A stretch of DNA of 64,000 nucleotides, from the NCBI GenBank assembly GCA_951406725.2, contig OX597823.1, positions 41,292,001 through 41,356,000 on the forward strand, written 5' to 3'. The position numbers and the translations under genes were made by a program. Origin of the DNA: Octopus vulgaris. Its lineage: Eukaryota. The notes below the pieces were generated by a model. That model saw only the letters and a program-made list of their open reading frames with translations. It searched no databases and was not told the DNA's origin. Position 1 is the stretch's first letter, and each line of letters starts with the position of its first letter. This document shows positions 11,176-25,522 of the stretch, in pieces.

Positions 11176-14100
11176 GTTTTCATTTACATTTGTTAAATAT
11201 TTGAGCCTGAAGCTTGTTTAAGGTTTATTGATACTAAAACTTTCTAGCTGGTACTTAGCTAAACAGCTGTGGTACAGTCCTTATTTTACATTTGCTTGCC
11301 TTTAATTCTAAAATTATTTCCCCCTCATTCTAAATATTTTTATGTATTCTTTATTATTTTTTTTATTGCACTATTATATTGCTTCATGAAACACAAAATA
11401 CTTTTTATCTCCTTCCCTCTTGATTTGGCTGTTGTTTTTAGCTTTGTTTTAAAAATAAATTTTCCTGATATTATAAAATGTTATAAAAAACTAATGACCC
11501 TATCAATAAATATATACTTTTCTAAAGCATTTATGCAATTTATGATGTATTAAAAAATTTTTTTTACTTGTTTTCATTTCTCTGAGATTTTGTCTGTCTC
11601 CATAGAATTCTAAATGCTAATGCAACCTTGTCGGGACACAGTCATTGGCAGCAATGAATTAATTGGTTTTGATTTTATTAGAGAAATATGCTACAAGTAG
11701 AGGATGATAGAAAATGTAGAACAAGAACAGCAAAACTAAAAAATAATAAGTAAAAGTTTGAAGCAATGATGAAGAAAACATCTTAATTGAATTAATTCTA
11801 ATTATATTCGAGAACCCTGATTTTAACAGAATTTTACTATAAAAACTGTAATGTAAAATTAATGCAAACAATAATTGTAACCAAAACAGCTGCAACAACA
11901 AAAGCAAAAGCTTTAACAACAAACACAATTTATGAATAATCAGGAAAGAAATATGGTTATGAAAATCGAAAATTTCCTGCTGAGGTCTTCCTCAATGACC
12001 CTACATTTCAGTGAAGGAAATGACCACTTTTCCAAACAATCCAAGATATTTTCATAAGTGCCACTGTTATTGTCAGTTGATGCATCTTAATGACATCACT
12101 GCTATAATTAAAACCAATCACAACACCTCATCCATTATCAACATGCAACAGTTATTACTGTTATTAGAAGTTATTAGAAATTTTGTGTATGTGTGTCTGT
12201 GTGTGCTTGCATATACGCAATACCCTCCAAAATGCCTTTCTCTATAATCACCAATTCCTGATTATGATGCTATAATCACCGCTACTAATACTACTATAAA
12301 AATTGTAGTAGTAGCCATATTATGGAAATAGTTCTATCATCAACACAGTCTCTACTTCTATTTCTACCCCCTTTAAACTTCACTTAATTAGAGTCCACAT
12401 CAAGACGAATTTATATTACTTCCATCTTGTACTTTGTCTAATCAGTACATAAATTTATAGTCCTATATGCACATAATCATATATTTCCACCCACACACTC
12501 ACACATACTCATACATCCATATACACATAATGCTTTCTACTAAATATATTCCACAAATACATTACTTGTTGCTTAATTAGGATATTATTCTAACCTTATA
12601 TATGCCATACTTTCTAAAATTCATCAACAATTCTGATGCATATAGGCCTATATACCTTTACTTTTCTATGGTTCCAGTTGCTCCAGTCTACTCAGCTGAA
12701 ATGAGTATCAACTGAGTTCTGAGTCCACTTTCCTACCAGCTGTCCATCCTATTCTACAGTCAAGGCAAGAGGCTCAATGTCTACTTGTGACTACATAAGC
12801 ACCTTAAACAGTTAGTGAAAGCATGGTACATGCCAGTTAATCATGTTTCCTTGCAAGTGATGATACCTATGGTCTTCTACATGTGTGTATGTGTGTGTGT
12901 AGTTAGGTAACAAAAATAAAGAACAGACAGGAGGTTGAAAAACTTAAGTAGAAGAAGAGAGAGATAACATCATTGTAATAATGTAAAAAGGAAATGTCTT
13001 GGTGAGTGAAGAAATATTTTGATATAGTGAGAGAGTAGAGGAAATACAAGCAGGTGATAGTGCAGACCTTAGGGGAAGTCAGATGATACTGAATTTGAGC
13101 TGTTTGCTATTCTGGAGCCATCCAACCAAAGTCAGTATTTAAACTTATACATTAACTCAAAGACATGGCCATATTATATTCAGAATATATTCCAAGATTG
13201 ATAAATGTGAACATTATAGATATTTTACTATTTCTGTTTTATTTGATATATATATATATTGTAAAAGTTTCAAAATTATCAAGAAATGTAAAAGGAAATG
13301 AGAAAAAATTGGAGTGGGTATAAGGAAGTTTGTTACTAGCTAAAATTGTAGGTTATACTAAAAGTTCCAATTGAATGATAGTGAAATAAGTCAGTTAATA
13401 TTTGCTGTCAACTCAATTACTTAATATCAGCATACTCCAATAAATCAATTGTTTCACTACACATACATGCACACGTCCTCTTCTTTTCTCTGTACATGCT
13501 CCTTTTTCTCTCCTCTTCTCTCTAGAAATCCATATGTGCAAAATTTTACCTCAGTGATTATCTTAATCAGTCTAACTGATCAATCAATCAATTGATCGAC
13601 CAACCAGATGATCAATAGACATATTTTGTTGGTCGATCGATCAGTGAACTAATCTTAACTGTGTACTTTTCAACAGTTTTGATCTATTTTTCTTCAGTTA
13701 AATTAGCTTGCCATTATGAATTAATGATTGAACAACTGTCTTTCCAAATGACCTTTCAGTTTTGGTTCAATTCCTATTAAAATCCTGCAGCCTTTGTGTA
13801 TTTGCTACCTTCAGATTTTGGCTCTGTAGTTTTGTAAATTTGCATGAGGTGTCATGTTTGTGTGTATGTGTGTGTGTGTGTGTGTGTGACTTAAAGAATA
13901 TAGGTTTCTCTCTGTATCTGCTTATCTATTGGAATACGTGACTATTTCAGAATCAATATTTATTTGTATGTGTGATGAGATGTTTACCTGATTGTATTAA
14001 TGTTTGCATTTATATTTAAATGATTTTGTTTCCTGGTTTGTATGAATCTATAGCTTTGTTTAGTGTGTTGTATATATGTGTGTATCTGTCTGTGAGCATT

Positions 14101-14519
14101 TCATAACATCTGGTGTTTAAATATAGTTGTTTCTATGTGGGCATGATTTGTGTGTGCAGGTATGGATGGGTGTATCTATATCTTTTCCTTCCTTTTGTTC
14201 TTCTCATGTTTACATTGGTGTTACAAAATATATACTCAGTAAAGTAGATTGTAAATGAACAGAGAAAGCACAATGTTGTAAAGTCTTTATAGTTCCATCT
14301 TACTGAGGACTTATCAACCAGTCTAATGTTGGTACCACAAGAAAATGCTCTCAGTATACTGTGTAAAGTGGTTGCTGAAAGGAAGGGCATCCAAATGTGG
14401 AAACCAAATGAAAATGGCACATATGGGAACCAGATAATGTGACAAGTATTTCCCGATGAGGAAAGACTTAGGGCATAATGATCTATCAACATGGAAAGTG
14501 AATTCACAATGATAACATA

Positions 14520-14644
14520 GATTGATTGATTGATTGATAGTGACAGACAGATAGTGGTAGTAGACATAGATAGTGATAGGACAAATAGATGATGATAGTG
14601 CAGATAGATGGATAGACAGATAGATGGATAGTGATAGTACAGAT

Positions 14645-14719
<75 letters not shown>

Positions 14720-14731
14720 CAGATAGATAGA
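14520..14731. repeat. (AGAT)n microsatellite with degenerate flank
   Basis: Seen directly; pure at ~14650-14730. Confidence 0.9.
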
Positions 14732-14786
14732 TCATGCTATAGGCTCTCATATGCAACAAAACAATTCAATATTTAAACATACATTA

Positions 14787-15003
14787 AGGTGGCTAGCTGG
14801 CAGAAATGTTAGCATGCTAGGTGAAATGCTTAGCGGTATTTGTCTGTCTCTATGTTCTAAGTTCAAATTCCACCAAAGTTGACTTTGTCTTTCATCCTTT
14901 CGGGGTTCATGAATTAAGTACAAGTCGTGTACTAGGGTCGATCTAAATGACTGCCCCACCTCCCCAAAAGTTTTGGATTTTGTGCCTAGAGTAGAAAAGA
15001 ATA
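14787..15003 (+). mobile_element. SINE family B, full length
   Basis: ggtggctagctggcagaaatgttagca..gttcaaattcc (B-box)..gactttgtctttcatcctttcgggg..ttgtgcctagagtagaaaagaat. Confidence 0.85.
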
Positions 15004-16149
15004 TTTGAGCATACATTTTTTAAACACTGTGTATGTTCAGCCCAGTCCAAATGAATATCATACGACTACCTTTCATAAGTGTTCAAATGGCATTTTATAT
15101 TTGATATTGCTCTTTAGGATAAATTACGTTTTAAGAGAAGACTTCAAAGTCGGTTTCTTTGTATTGCTAAACCACCATTTGTATATGTAGAGGGATCGGC
15201 ATGTGCAAATATTATTGACATTATTTTATTAATGGGATCCAAAAATTTTGCTAAATCCAACTCTTTGATAGTAATCGATTGACAAACCAAATAATCAGTA
15301 GACTATATTTTATAGCAGCAGGTGAATTTGAAGGTGTGTGTTGTTGCTTTTGTTGACAATGTCTAGAGGCTTGCATCAGTACTTATTGTTTCCAGTATAG
15401 AGTAATATTAGTGCTTGTGTGTGCTTATGTGTGCAAAAAGTGCACAATTTATGTATTTATATTATTTGTGTCTAAATATTAAATATATTCAGCACAAATA
15501 ATCAAATAGGTGTTTGTTCATTCAAATGTCTGTCCAATCATCCACATAACATCTGCCTGCAAGCTCCTCTCTCCACCTGCCTGTAGGCACGACTGTGGGA
15601 TTGAGAAGTTCACTTCAGAAATACATGGTTTCAGGTTTGGTCCCAATATATCACATCTGAAGCAAGAGCTTTCTAGTTTAGTTTTGGACTAAGCAATGCC
15701 TTGTTTGTGAAATTTGGTCCTGTGTGGAAGCTCACTATATATGTGTGTGCGTGTGCATTTGTCTCTATGTTGACATTAATAGAAAATGTCTCCATGACTT
15801 AGTGGTTTGATAAACAAAGATCAATGATATGATTCTGAGGATGAGTATTCAGTTGCTTCATTGCTTTAAAAAAAGTAGACTGTCACTGAAGGTACCTCTT
15901 TTTCAAAGAAAAAAGAAGAGAGACAACAGTGCATTATTGAAAGCCAATTAACAGATCATAGATTTCTATATAAAAGTCAAATTGAATATATATATCATTA
16001 CAAATAAGATTTAAGATTTACCTGATGAGTAAGGATACCTACCCTACTTAACTCTGAACTGTATATTTACTTAACATTTGTAAGCAGTTCTCTAAATGAA
16101 TTAAATAGTCTTTATTATTTTCATTGTCTTTTTCAAAGGCATCTTTCTG

Positions 16150-16850
16150 TTTGTCAGCATCCAAAATGAACATGCCAACAACTCTGTCAGTAATGGTACT
16201 ATCCATAGCAAATCTTCAAACCTGAAGCGCCTACTATTGTCAGTTTATTGACTTAGCTGATTGATTGAGTAGTCCACTGACATATTTGATCTTTATGAGA
16301 TTCTCATAGAAATTTAGTATGACTTAATGTGACAAGGCTGGACTTCTACACTGCAGTGATAAAATCTCTTATGGATGTCTTGTGTTTAAAAATATAACAT
16401 ATATCAGAGAGAGATGAGCAATTGTCTTCCCAACAAATTGCAAGAATGCTAGGTGCATTTCAGCCTTTTTATGTTTTGTCAGTGATGTGGACTCACCGTC
16501 AGCCACATGCCTAGAACATTCACTAGTATTGCGAATAGCTGCCGGGTACTGTTATCACAAATGGTAGCAACTTGTGGATCAGTTATATGCATTTGCCTCA
16601 ATTACATACACTGGATTATTTGTTTAGGCCAGCAGCCATTACCAGTGAATATTTTTGTTCCCTCATTACTACACTGGAGGTGACAAAACTCATCTAGGTA
16701 TGTAGCTGATAATATATATTGACAAGGCTCAAAGTGGCTTGAATGATTTCTCATCTCCCACCAATACATATTGTGTTTTTAAACATTGTACACACACAAG
16801 AGATTTTATTTTAGACAAAACTGCAGTACCTTACTTGTTAATGATTTACA
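16150..16850 (+). mobile_element. Possible highly decayed hAT transposase relic
   Basis: gattgagtagtccactgacata resembles DESTDI and tgcctagaacattcactagtattg (CLEHSLVL) resembles the CxxH-x-L-x-L motif; many stops and frameshifts. Confidence 0.3.
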
Positions 16851-17895
16851 TACTTTAAGTATGATACATTGGTATCTATTTTAATCTTTTAAGCTCTTCT
16901 GCTTAGTGTGCTTTGTTTAATGTACGTATGTATATATGCATATGTGCAAATATATGTGTTTGGAAATGTATATGTGTACACATGTATGTATACACATAAC
17001 ATGCTATACACAAATATTTACCTCTGTACATTCTAGACCATTATTGTTGAATTTCGTCTCTATTGTATCTTGTAAGCAACTCACTTAATTGGTCAGTGAC
17101 ACTAAGGTTAACCTGTGATATCAATCTTCTAAGGAATTTCTCAATTCATTGAATTCTCTGAGAAAATATGAAAATCCTTATAATAAACCCAGTGTCAGTG
17201 TATTGCAAGAAGAGCCGGCTTGTATGCCATTATTTAAAGAGCAATCAAGACAAGAACATAACACTAATGCTTAAATCAGAAAAGAAAACTTTCAGGAAAA
17301 ATGCCAATTTTTCACTATTTTACTTACTGTGAAGCTTTACTTGATGTGAAATCTCATGAATTTGAAAAGCACAATACTTCTAGAAAAAAATGGTGTGTGC
17401 TGAATCTAAATGGTGATGGTTGGGTCAGATTTTGATGGCTTCTTTTGTGACAATTTGACACGGTGTGTTATTGTAAGAGCTGATGTGCAGATAGAATCTA
17501 TATGAAGTAACCACTTCACTGTCAGATTTAGGACTTGTAATTTTTCCATTTCTTGTCTCAGAAAGGTGGTATCTAATTTGAAAGCATTATTTCTATTTCA
17601 GTTTTCCTTTTTGTCCTGCTGTCATAATTGTTTTTCTTTTATTATTCAATATTAACTAGTGTTGGGAAATTTTTGAAATTTAGATATTCTTATGAATATG
17701 AACAGCTTTCATGAGCTTTTTTTTTAAATATTTATTTCGTTCATGTTAGATTCCTATTTTATTCAACTGTAAAATATGAATTCAGGAAATTTTTCCATGC
17801 ACAGTTCAGTTAGTCAAGCAAAGACAAGCATCATGCTTTGTTATCAAATACATAATATATATGTGTGTGTGTGCATGCACACACACACATATATA

Positions 17896-18400
17896 CAGGG
17901 TGTGATAGGCAAATTGTTGCCATTTTATATTTTCAATTTCATGCATGCACATTGTTTATTTTTGATTTTGTTCACTACACAGTATAGTAGTGTCAGTTGG
18001 ACACTGTCTGTGAGAAAATAGCACTATGACACAATTCACTCTGCCAGAAATTTAGAAATGACATGGTGTACTGCTTGGCATTTGCACCGGCAGCTCCAGT
18101 ACAAACATTTCAGAGTGTTTGGGTATCAATCTGAGAACAGTGCAATCTGAAGACATGTACCAGGAGCGATAAAAATGGTGTTTGGAGTGATCACTAGTGA
18201 TGGCAACATTATGCCTCTATTCATCTTCCCACACAGCCTGAGACTCAACACAGAGGCCTACATCAAGTGCCTGAATGAGGTAGTGCTGCCCTGGGTCAAG
18301 AAGGTGGCTGCTGGAAGACCCTGTGTCTGGCAACAGGACTCTGCACCTATGATACACAAGCAGGAGAATCCAGTCATGGCTGTCCAACTGACGCTGTGGA
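17896..18400 (+). mobile_element. Tc1/mariner (maT/DD37D-like) internally deleted relic
   Basis: TA then cagggtg TIR start; HTH-region remnant from ~18026; ORF 18175 MVFGVITSDG..PLFIF..LRLNTEAYIKCL..VVLPW..WQQDSAP contains the second catalytic Asp motif. Confidence 0.8.
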
Positions 18401-19380
18401 AGTGAAGTGAGTCAATATTCCTTGTTGATATCGTGAATTGTATTTCTGCATTTTTAAAAACCTGTGGAATATAAAAATTTGTTACCTGACAAATAAGTGC
18501 GAGTTGGTAACAGTGACAGCATCCAGCCAAAAATTCCTGCTTCAAATAACTTCACTAATCCATGGGGAAAAAGAATGTTAAATGAACGAACAAAAGAATG
18601 AACTTAACACAGCAGCTGGAAAGGATAAAAAAAAAAAAGCATAAATTATGTTAATTTATATGATTTATTTTTAAGTTAAAAACAATTGTGATGCTGGTAT
18701 GATTAGTCTTAGTTCTAACTGGAAATCAAGACTGACTCTTCAGCTTAACTCACAGACTCATTACTGCAGCATTGTGGTTTTCATTACACACAAACATGTA
18801 AGCCAACACAAACAAGTGCACAGATAGACACATGCACACCCACAAACTGACAAACTTGTACACACACACAAAAATACATACATAGTACAAAATCTAATTT
18901 TACAAATAATAATAATAAATACCCAACATAAATGCTTTTATCTGCAAGTCATTTATTAGCTTAATTACAGATCAATACATATACACATATATATAAACAC
19001 ACACATATTTATTCATATATATATATTCATACATTTATATATAAACAGATACTCATACACTTATACACATGTGTATGAATGTATGCATGTATATATATAT
19101 ATATGTGTGTGTGTTTGTGTGTGTATGTATGTATATATATATATGTGTGTATTTGGGAATAAATACATAATGATATAAGTATATATACCTTTATGTATGT
19201 GTATTATATGTAAATGTACACACATTCGTATGTATCATTATTATCATCATTGTTTTTTCATAATATATATGTGTATACATAAATTTATATAGATGAATAT
19301 TATATGTGTATGTGCACACATACATACATAAATACATGTACACACACACATTTATATATGCACACACACATATACATACA

Positions 19381-19905
<525 letters not shown>

Positions 19906-20186
19906 GAACAATTTATCCACACTTAGCTATCTGAATAGAATCTAATATTGTTAGTAGAGTTAATTACCAAACCATTAGCTCATTACTGTACTTGTGCTGC
20001 TGTTGGTTAGAAGAATTAGTAGCTTGTGATCTGTTTTAAGTAGACATCAAAGCATGACTTTAAGTTTCCTGATTATTTCATCTATTTATGGCTTTGTTAC
20101 ACAAAAGATGACGCATTTTGGGATTTGTTCTAATAACTCAAAGAATGGAATGGAAAAAGAAATATATACATACAAATGAATCATTA

Positions 20187-20219
<33 letters not shown>

Positions 20220-20523
20220 AGTGAAGAGAAGCAAACTGGCACGTCCTATATGATGTGATAAAAATCAAGATGTTTTCCTTCTATCAGTAATCATCTGCTG
20301 CTTGCACTTAGTTTGAGCTGGATCAAGGATCAGGTAGAAGTGTCTATGCAATGTATGTGTCTGTTTCTCTGCATGTGATGTATGTGTATATGTGTGTATC
20401 TCTGTGTTCACATGTTTGTAATGTTACATGTGCAGTGCACTAGTATTTTGATATGTTGAAAGATATGCACTTGAGTGCGTGTGTCCATGTAATATATTGG
20501 TATATATATATATATATATATAT

Positions 20524-20670
20524 AAATTATAATTTAGGGTATCTAAGAGATACTGCTACGCTGGAAATAGCAGCCAAAACCTGGCTCTAAAACCACATTA
20601 AATGTTTAGTCAGGTTTTGGCTGCTATTACCAGCGTGTCGGTATCTCTTAGATACCCTAAATTATAATTT
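20524..20670. repeat. 147-nt near-perfect inverted repeat
   Basis: 20524-20553 pairs perfectly with 20641-20670; 20558-20583 pairs with 20611-20636 with one mismatch. Confidence 0.9.
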
Positions 20671-20779
20671 TAATAATAATTATTACCTTCGAAGATTTTT
20701 ATTCTCATGCTGGCCACTTGATAAGATAGATATTTAAATTAATGATCTTATCCTTATTTATATAAATATATATGTATAT

Positions 20780-20930
20780 ATATACCGGAGTAAGCACATA
20801 AATGTGAAACAAGGTGGAAAAAATAATACTCAAATACCTGAGGTAGAGTAATATGTTTATTGAAAAACAGTAAAAATATCACAAAAACTGTTACTCAGAG
20901 TTTCATGTTCCCATTTGTCGGACAGTTTTG
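20780..20930 (-). mobile_element. Penelope-like terminal repeat with degenerate minimal hammerhead fold
   Basis: The minus strand of 20884-20929 reads aaaactgt-ccgacaa-atg(ggaa)cat-gaaac-tctga-gta-acagtttt. Confidence 0.45.
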
Positions 20931-21375
20931 TTTAGAATGGAACAGAAACAAGGTTATAAGCAAGCATATACAGTAAGTTTAATGGATACAAATTTGAAAA
21001 TGATTTTGTTTCATTGGTCCTTTCAACTAATGGTCTTTACAATGACCGGTAGCATGCAATGGACAAATATCAGTATAAAATCATTTTATAAAGTTGAGGA
21101 AACCTTAAATCAAAGAGTTTATAAATGCATAGGGTAGATAATTACTTGTAAAATATAAATGTAAAAAATAAATCAATTAATACATTAAAAGTTATATACA
21201 TTTAGAAATTAAAAATTTTCATGTTGGATTACGTGTACATTAGCAGCATATGCACATACTAATTATTTCAACTGCTACTGCAATATCCTCTGTTCCAGTA
21301 CTCTTTGTAGGACCTTTATATTTCATTGAGTATTATCACTGAATTTCATTATCCAGTTCCCATCTTTTTATGCAC

Positions 21376-21832
21376 AGGCATATCTGTGTGGTTAAGGAGG
21401 TTGCTTTGTAACCACAGGGTTTTGAGTTCTATCCTACTGCATGGTACTTTGGACAACTGCCTTCTGCTATAGCCTCAGCCTCACTGTGGCTTGTGAGTAC
21501 ATTTTGTACATGGAGACTGTGGATACCTATCATATTTCTGTTTATCTATTTATCTCTCTATTTATCTACCTATTCATCTATCTATCTCTGTATCTCTCTC
21601 TATATATATCTTATTGTAGGTTTGGCTGTCTGTCTATCTTACTTGACAACCAGTGTTGGTTTACCAATGTATCTGTCACTTAGCTGTTTGGCTAAAGAGA
21701 GAAATAGAATATGTACCAGGCTTTAAGAAACAAAAAATAAAAATTCTGGTTGATTAATTTAACTAGACGAATCAAGGCAATGCTCCAGCATGGCTACAGT
21801 CCAAAAACTGAAATAAGTAAAGCTAAAAGATA
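21376..21832 (+). mobile_element. SINE family A, degenerate full length
   Basis: Head, internal (TCTA)n and tail tgctccagcatggctacagtcc..actgaaataagtaaa. Confidence 0.75.
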
Positions 21833-23074
21833 AATCATTCCTTATAATCACCACAGTCTCTGTTTGCATGGATTCCTCTACTATTATGGTTGAATCATTG
21901 AACACTGTTTCTCTATTTACATGTCACCTGTTTTAAATGTCTTTGTATATTTGACCAACTCCTAACTAAACTAAAGCCTACCACTGCCGATACTACTGTC
22001 ACTGCTTCATCCAGTTCCCATCTTCCATTCTCATCACACTTTTCTGAAACTCTTTCAGTTAGTAACCATGGTTCTGTTAGCAGTTGTGTCCACACAAGAC
22101 TGTATAATTGATGAGTAGTTCAGAGACTTAGAGTTGTGAGTTTAATTGATGTCACTTCTTTGAATAGCAAGAGTGCCACGTACATGACTTGCTCACCTAT
22201 ATAATTTGTGCACTGACATCAGTCACTTGATTGGTAATAAGCACCTGTTGCAAGTTTTCAGAGAGTGCTCCTAACTAATAGAATTTCTGCATTTGTAAGA
22301 CGTGATCTGAAACAAAATTATATATAAAACTACTATTTAATTTGAGTTACTTTTTAACATTCCATTAGGTTTTTGGAGATTTAAAAAAAAAAAAATTCTT
22401 TTTTTCTAGATTTTTTTTTTTATGTGAATCACCTAAGTGGAAAGGATTTGCCATGTTTGAAACTTAGATATGTGTCTAAATATAGCTTAAAGTTGGCTTT
22501 AATTATGGTTCTTTGTTTGGAATTTGCTTTTGACTATTAACTGGAGGACTGACAAAATTTCAGTACATAAGCACACACACACAAACATGTATGCACACAC
22601 ATCACATATATAAAAGTATGTATATATGGATCCATTGTTTGTTTTATACTCTATACATGTATTGTAAATTTTCACTGCAGTTTGAAACAGAAAGGCAGGA
22701 CTAATTCTAAGATCTTATACATTTTTATTTCAATTCTCACTGAGATTTACTATGACTATCAGCCTTTGAAGGTGGAAGAACTGTCAGCTCTTTAAAAGTG
22801 GAGAGACTGCTTGTCCTCTAAATCTAGAAATCCTGTGATTCCTCTAAATGTATACTAGGATGCTGAGCACCTTAGAACCCTCATAAAATGTGTACCCTCA
22901 TTCTTTAATGCTTCAATGTGTTCCCCTTTTACAAACCCTATAATGTATTTCCTCTTCTCCTAGCTCTACATTATCCCCCACTTTTAACAACTTTTTACAA
23001 ATTTCTCCTGCATTCACCCTCTTAACACCAACTGAAAATGCTATTGAAAAAGCTGTAATTATTTGCTTAATAAT

Positions 23075-23206
23075 TATTGGTTTCAAGACCAGCGATTTCA
23101 GGGTAAGGGCTAAGTCAATCTTGGTAGAATTTCAGAATGTAAGATGGACAAAATATTGCTAAGCATTTTGCCTGATGTGCTAACAATTCTGCTAGCTCAT
23201 CACCTT
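23075..23206 (-). mobile_element. SINE family B, deleted old copy
   Basis: tgctaagcattttgcctgatgtgctaacaattctgctagctcatcacc is the reverse complement of the B head. Confidence 0.65.
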
Positions 23207-24254
23207 TATTTGTTTAATAATTATTATTTTCACTGGGTAGATATGTTATCTTGCAAAACTTTACATGTTTCATGCTAAATCATTTGACAAGTCATAACTT
23301 TATGACTTGTCAGTAGAGATGAAAGGGTCATGTGATGTTAGCCATATGACCATCTCATCTCTAGTGACCAACTCTTACTTTGTCATTCATCCTTCTCTGT
23401 CCCAGGACTGCCCTGCCCTGTTCCTTTTGTTATTGTGATTTTGAGCCTTTAGTTTTATTGAGATATTTCAAGTTGTTTAGAATTTGTATAGCTTCCCAAA
23501 ATTTTAGCACCCAAGGTGAATGACCAATTTGCTTAGTAAGTAACACTGTATTTATTAGTACCATGAACTTTGGGTTTTCTAATGATTTTAATGATTTGTA
23601 GAATATTCAATATTATGTCATATGGTGCTTTGGTACTTTGTTTCAATTTATTCAGAGGTCTGTGAGAAGGAAGGGTTTTGTTAATGGTGCTAATTTAGTC
23701 TGTTGTTTACAACCATGATTTTGACTTTTGTTCGTTGAATTAGTCAGTGACCTGTGATGTAATAGCAGTTACTTGTTGAGATAATTTAACTGTAACCAGT
23801 GTGTAGAATTTACATTTAAGACCAACAAATAATGATACAATTTAATTTTCCAAAATAACTTTACTCATAAAAAATTAATTCAATATTTCTATAGATATTT
23901 TAATTTTGAAATTGTTCCACAACTTTAGCTCATATTAATGTATATTCATCATAATAGATGATTTGTGTCAGTTATTCTTTAAAGTTGTTATTTTCCTCTT
24001 TATAGCTATTTTCCAAATAATAGTAAATTTCTTTTATATTATATAAATTGAGAATATTTCCTGTGGATAAATGGTTAAATTTATCAGCAAAGATCATTAT
24101 AGAAAATACTGCTAAATAGTTCTGCAGAGCTTGGATGCAGTAGCAGGAATTTAAGACTGAGCGAAACTGTATAAGTTGAACAGCAAAGCAAAAATGCAAT
24201 AGAATATTTTTCAATGTGGATTTACGTTAGTTGTTAGGTATGAGGTTAAGTTTG

Positions 24255-24857
24255 TACTTATTTTATCGACCCTGAAAAGAATGAAGGGAAAAGAGAATCT
24301 CAAGAGAATTTCAGAATGTTAAGATGGATGAAATATTGCTAAGCACTTAGCCTCCCATGCTAACAATTCATATTTCTTTATTGCCCACAAGGGGCTAAAC
24401 ATAGAGGGAACAAACAAGGACAGACAAAGGAATTAAGTCGATTACATCTACCCCAGTGCGTAACTGGTACTTAATTTATCGATCCCGAAAGGATGAAAGG
24501 CAAAGTCGACCTCGGTGGAATTTGAACTCAGAATGTAACGGCAGACGAAATACCTATTTCTTTATTACCCACAAGGGGCCAAACACAGAGGGAACAAACA
24601 AAGACAGACATAGGTATTAAGTCGATTATATCGACCCCAGTGCTTAACTGGTACTTAATTTATCGACCCCGAAAGGATGAAAGGCAAAGTCGACCTCGGC
24701 GGAATTTGAACTCACAATGTAACGGCAGCCGAAATACCGCTAAGCATTTCACCCGACGTGCTAACGATTCTGCCAGCTCGCCATTAAGCATTTCGCCCAG
24801 CGCGATAACATTTCTACCAGCTCGCCGCCATGCTAAAAATTCTGCCAGCTCATCACC
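24255..24857 (-). mobile_element. Three nested SINE family B copies
   Basis: Outer old copy 24255-24369 plus 24830-24857; middle copy 24370-24554 plus 24784-24829; inner full copy ~24555-24783; TSD atgctaa(c/a)aattc. Confidence 0.8.
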
Positions 24858-25329
24858 TTTATTTGTTTGATAATCATTATTTTCACTGAGTAGATAAATA
24901 GTTGTGAATAGTTGTGCAAAGCTTGGATGTAGTAACAGGAATTAAGGTGCAAGTGAAACTGTAGAAGTTGAACAGCAACAACAATAATGCTTCAGAATAT
25001 GTTTTCCAATGTGGATTTACTTTAGTTATTAGGCATGAAGGGTACTGTTAAGTTTATTTAAATTGTAATAAGTATTTGATGAAGAGAACTTTGAACACTG
25101 CTTGATTAGGAAATCTTGATATGAAACAAACTTATTATGCAGGCAAATTATTACTGTTTTATGAAAGACTTCTGAAATCTTTGAAAGAAAGCACTGAACA
25201 TTTTTTCTTCTCTTTCAAACGTGTACACTGGTCAACAAAAGTTACTTAAGGTTAATTAGAAATAGTATGGAACTTGTGGTATCACCAGCAGGGTAGAATC
25301 ATAAACAATGCACAGTAAAAAACCTATCT

Positions 25330-25522
25330 TTTACCTTTTACTTGTAGTGATTGGATTCACACTGTTCTGGGGCACTGATTTGATGGGTTTAGTCAAACAA
25401 ATTGACCCCAGTACTTAATTTTCTAAAGTCCGGTACTTATTCTATTGGTCTCATTTGGCAAACCATTAAGTTATAGAGACATAACCAAACCAACTTAGAC
25501 TGACAACCAGTGGGAGGACAAA
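25330..25522 (-). mobile_element. SINE family A tail
   Basis: attgaccccagtactt..ggtacttattctattggtctc..ttggcaaacc. Confidence 0.65.

Noticed and set aside
14133-14759. 208-aa minus-strand ORF
   Set aside because: Built from (TCTA)n and an antisense RTE UTR fragment.
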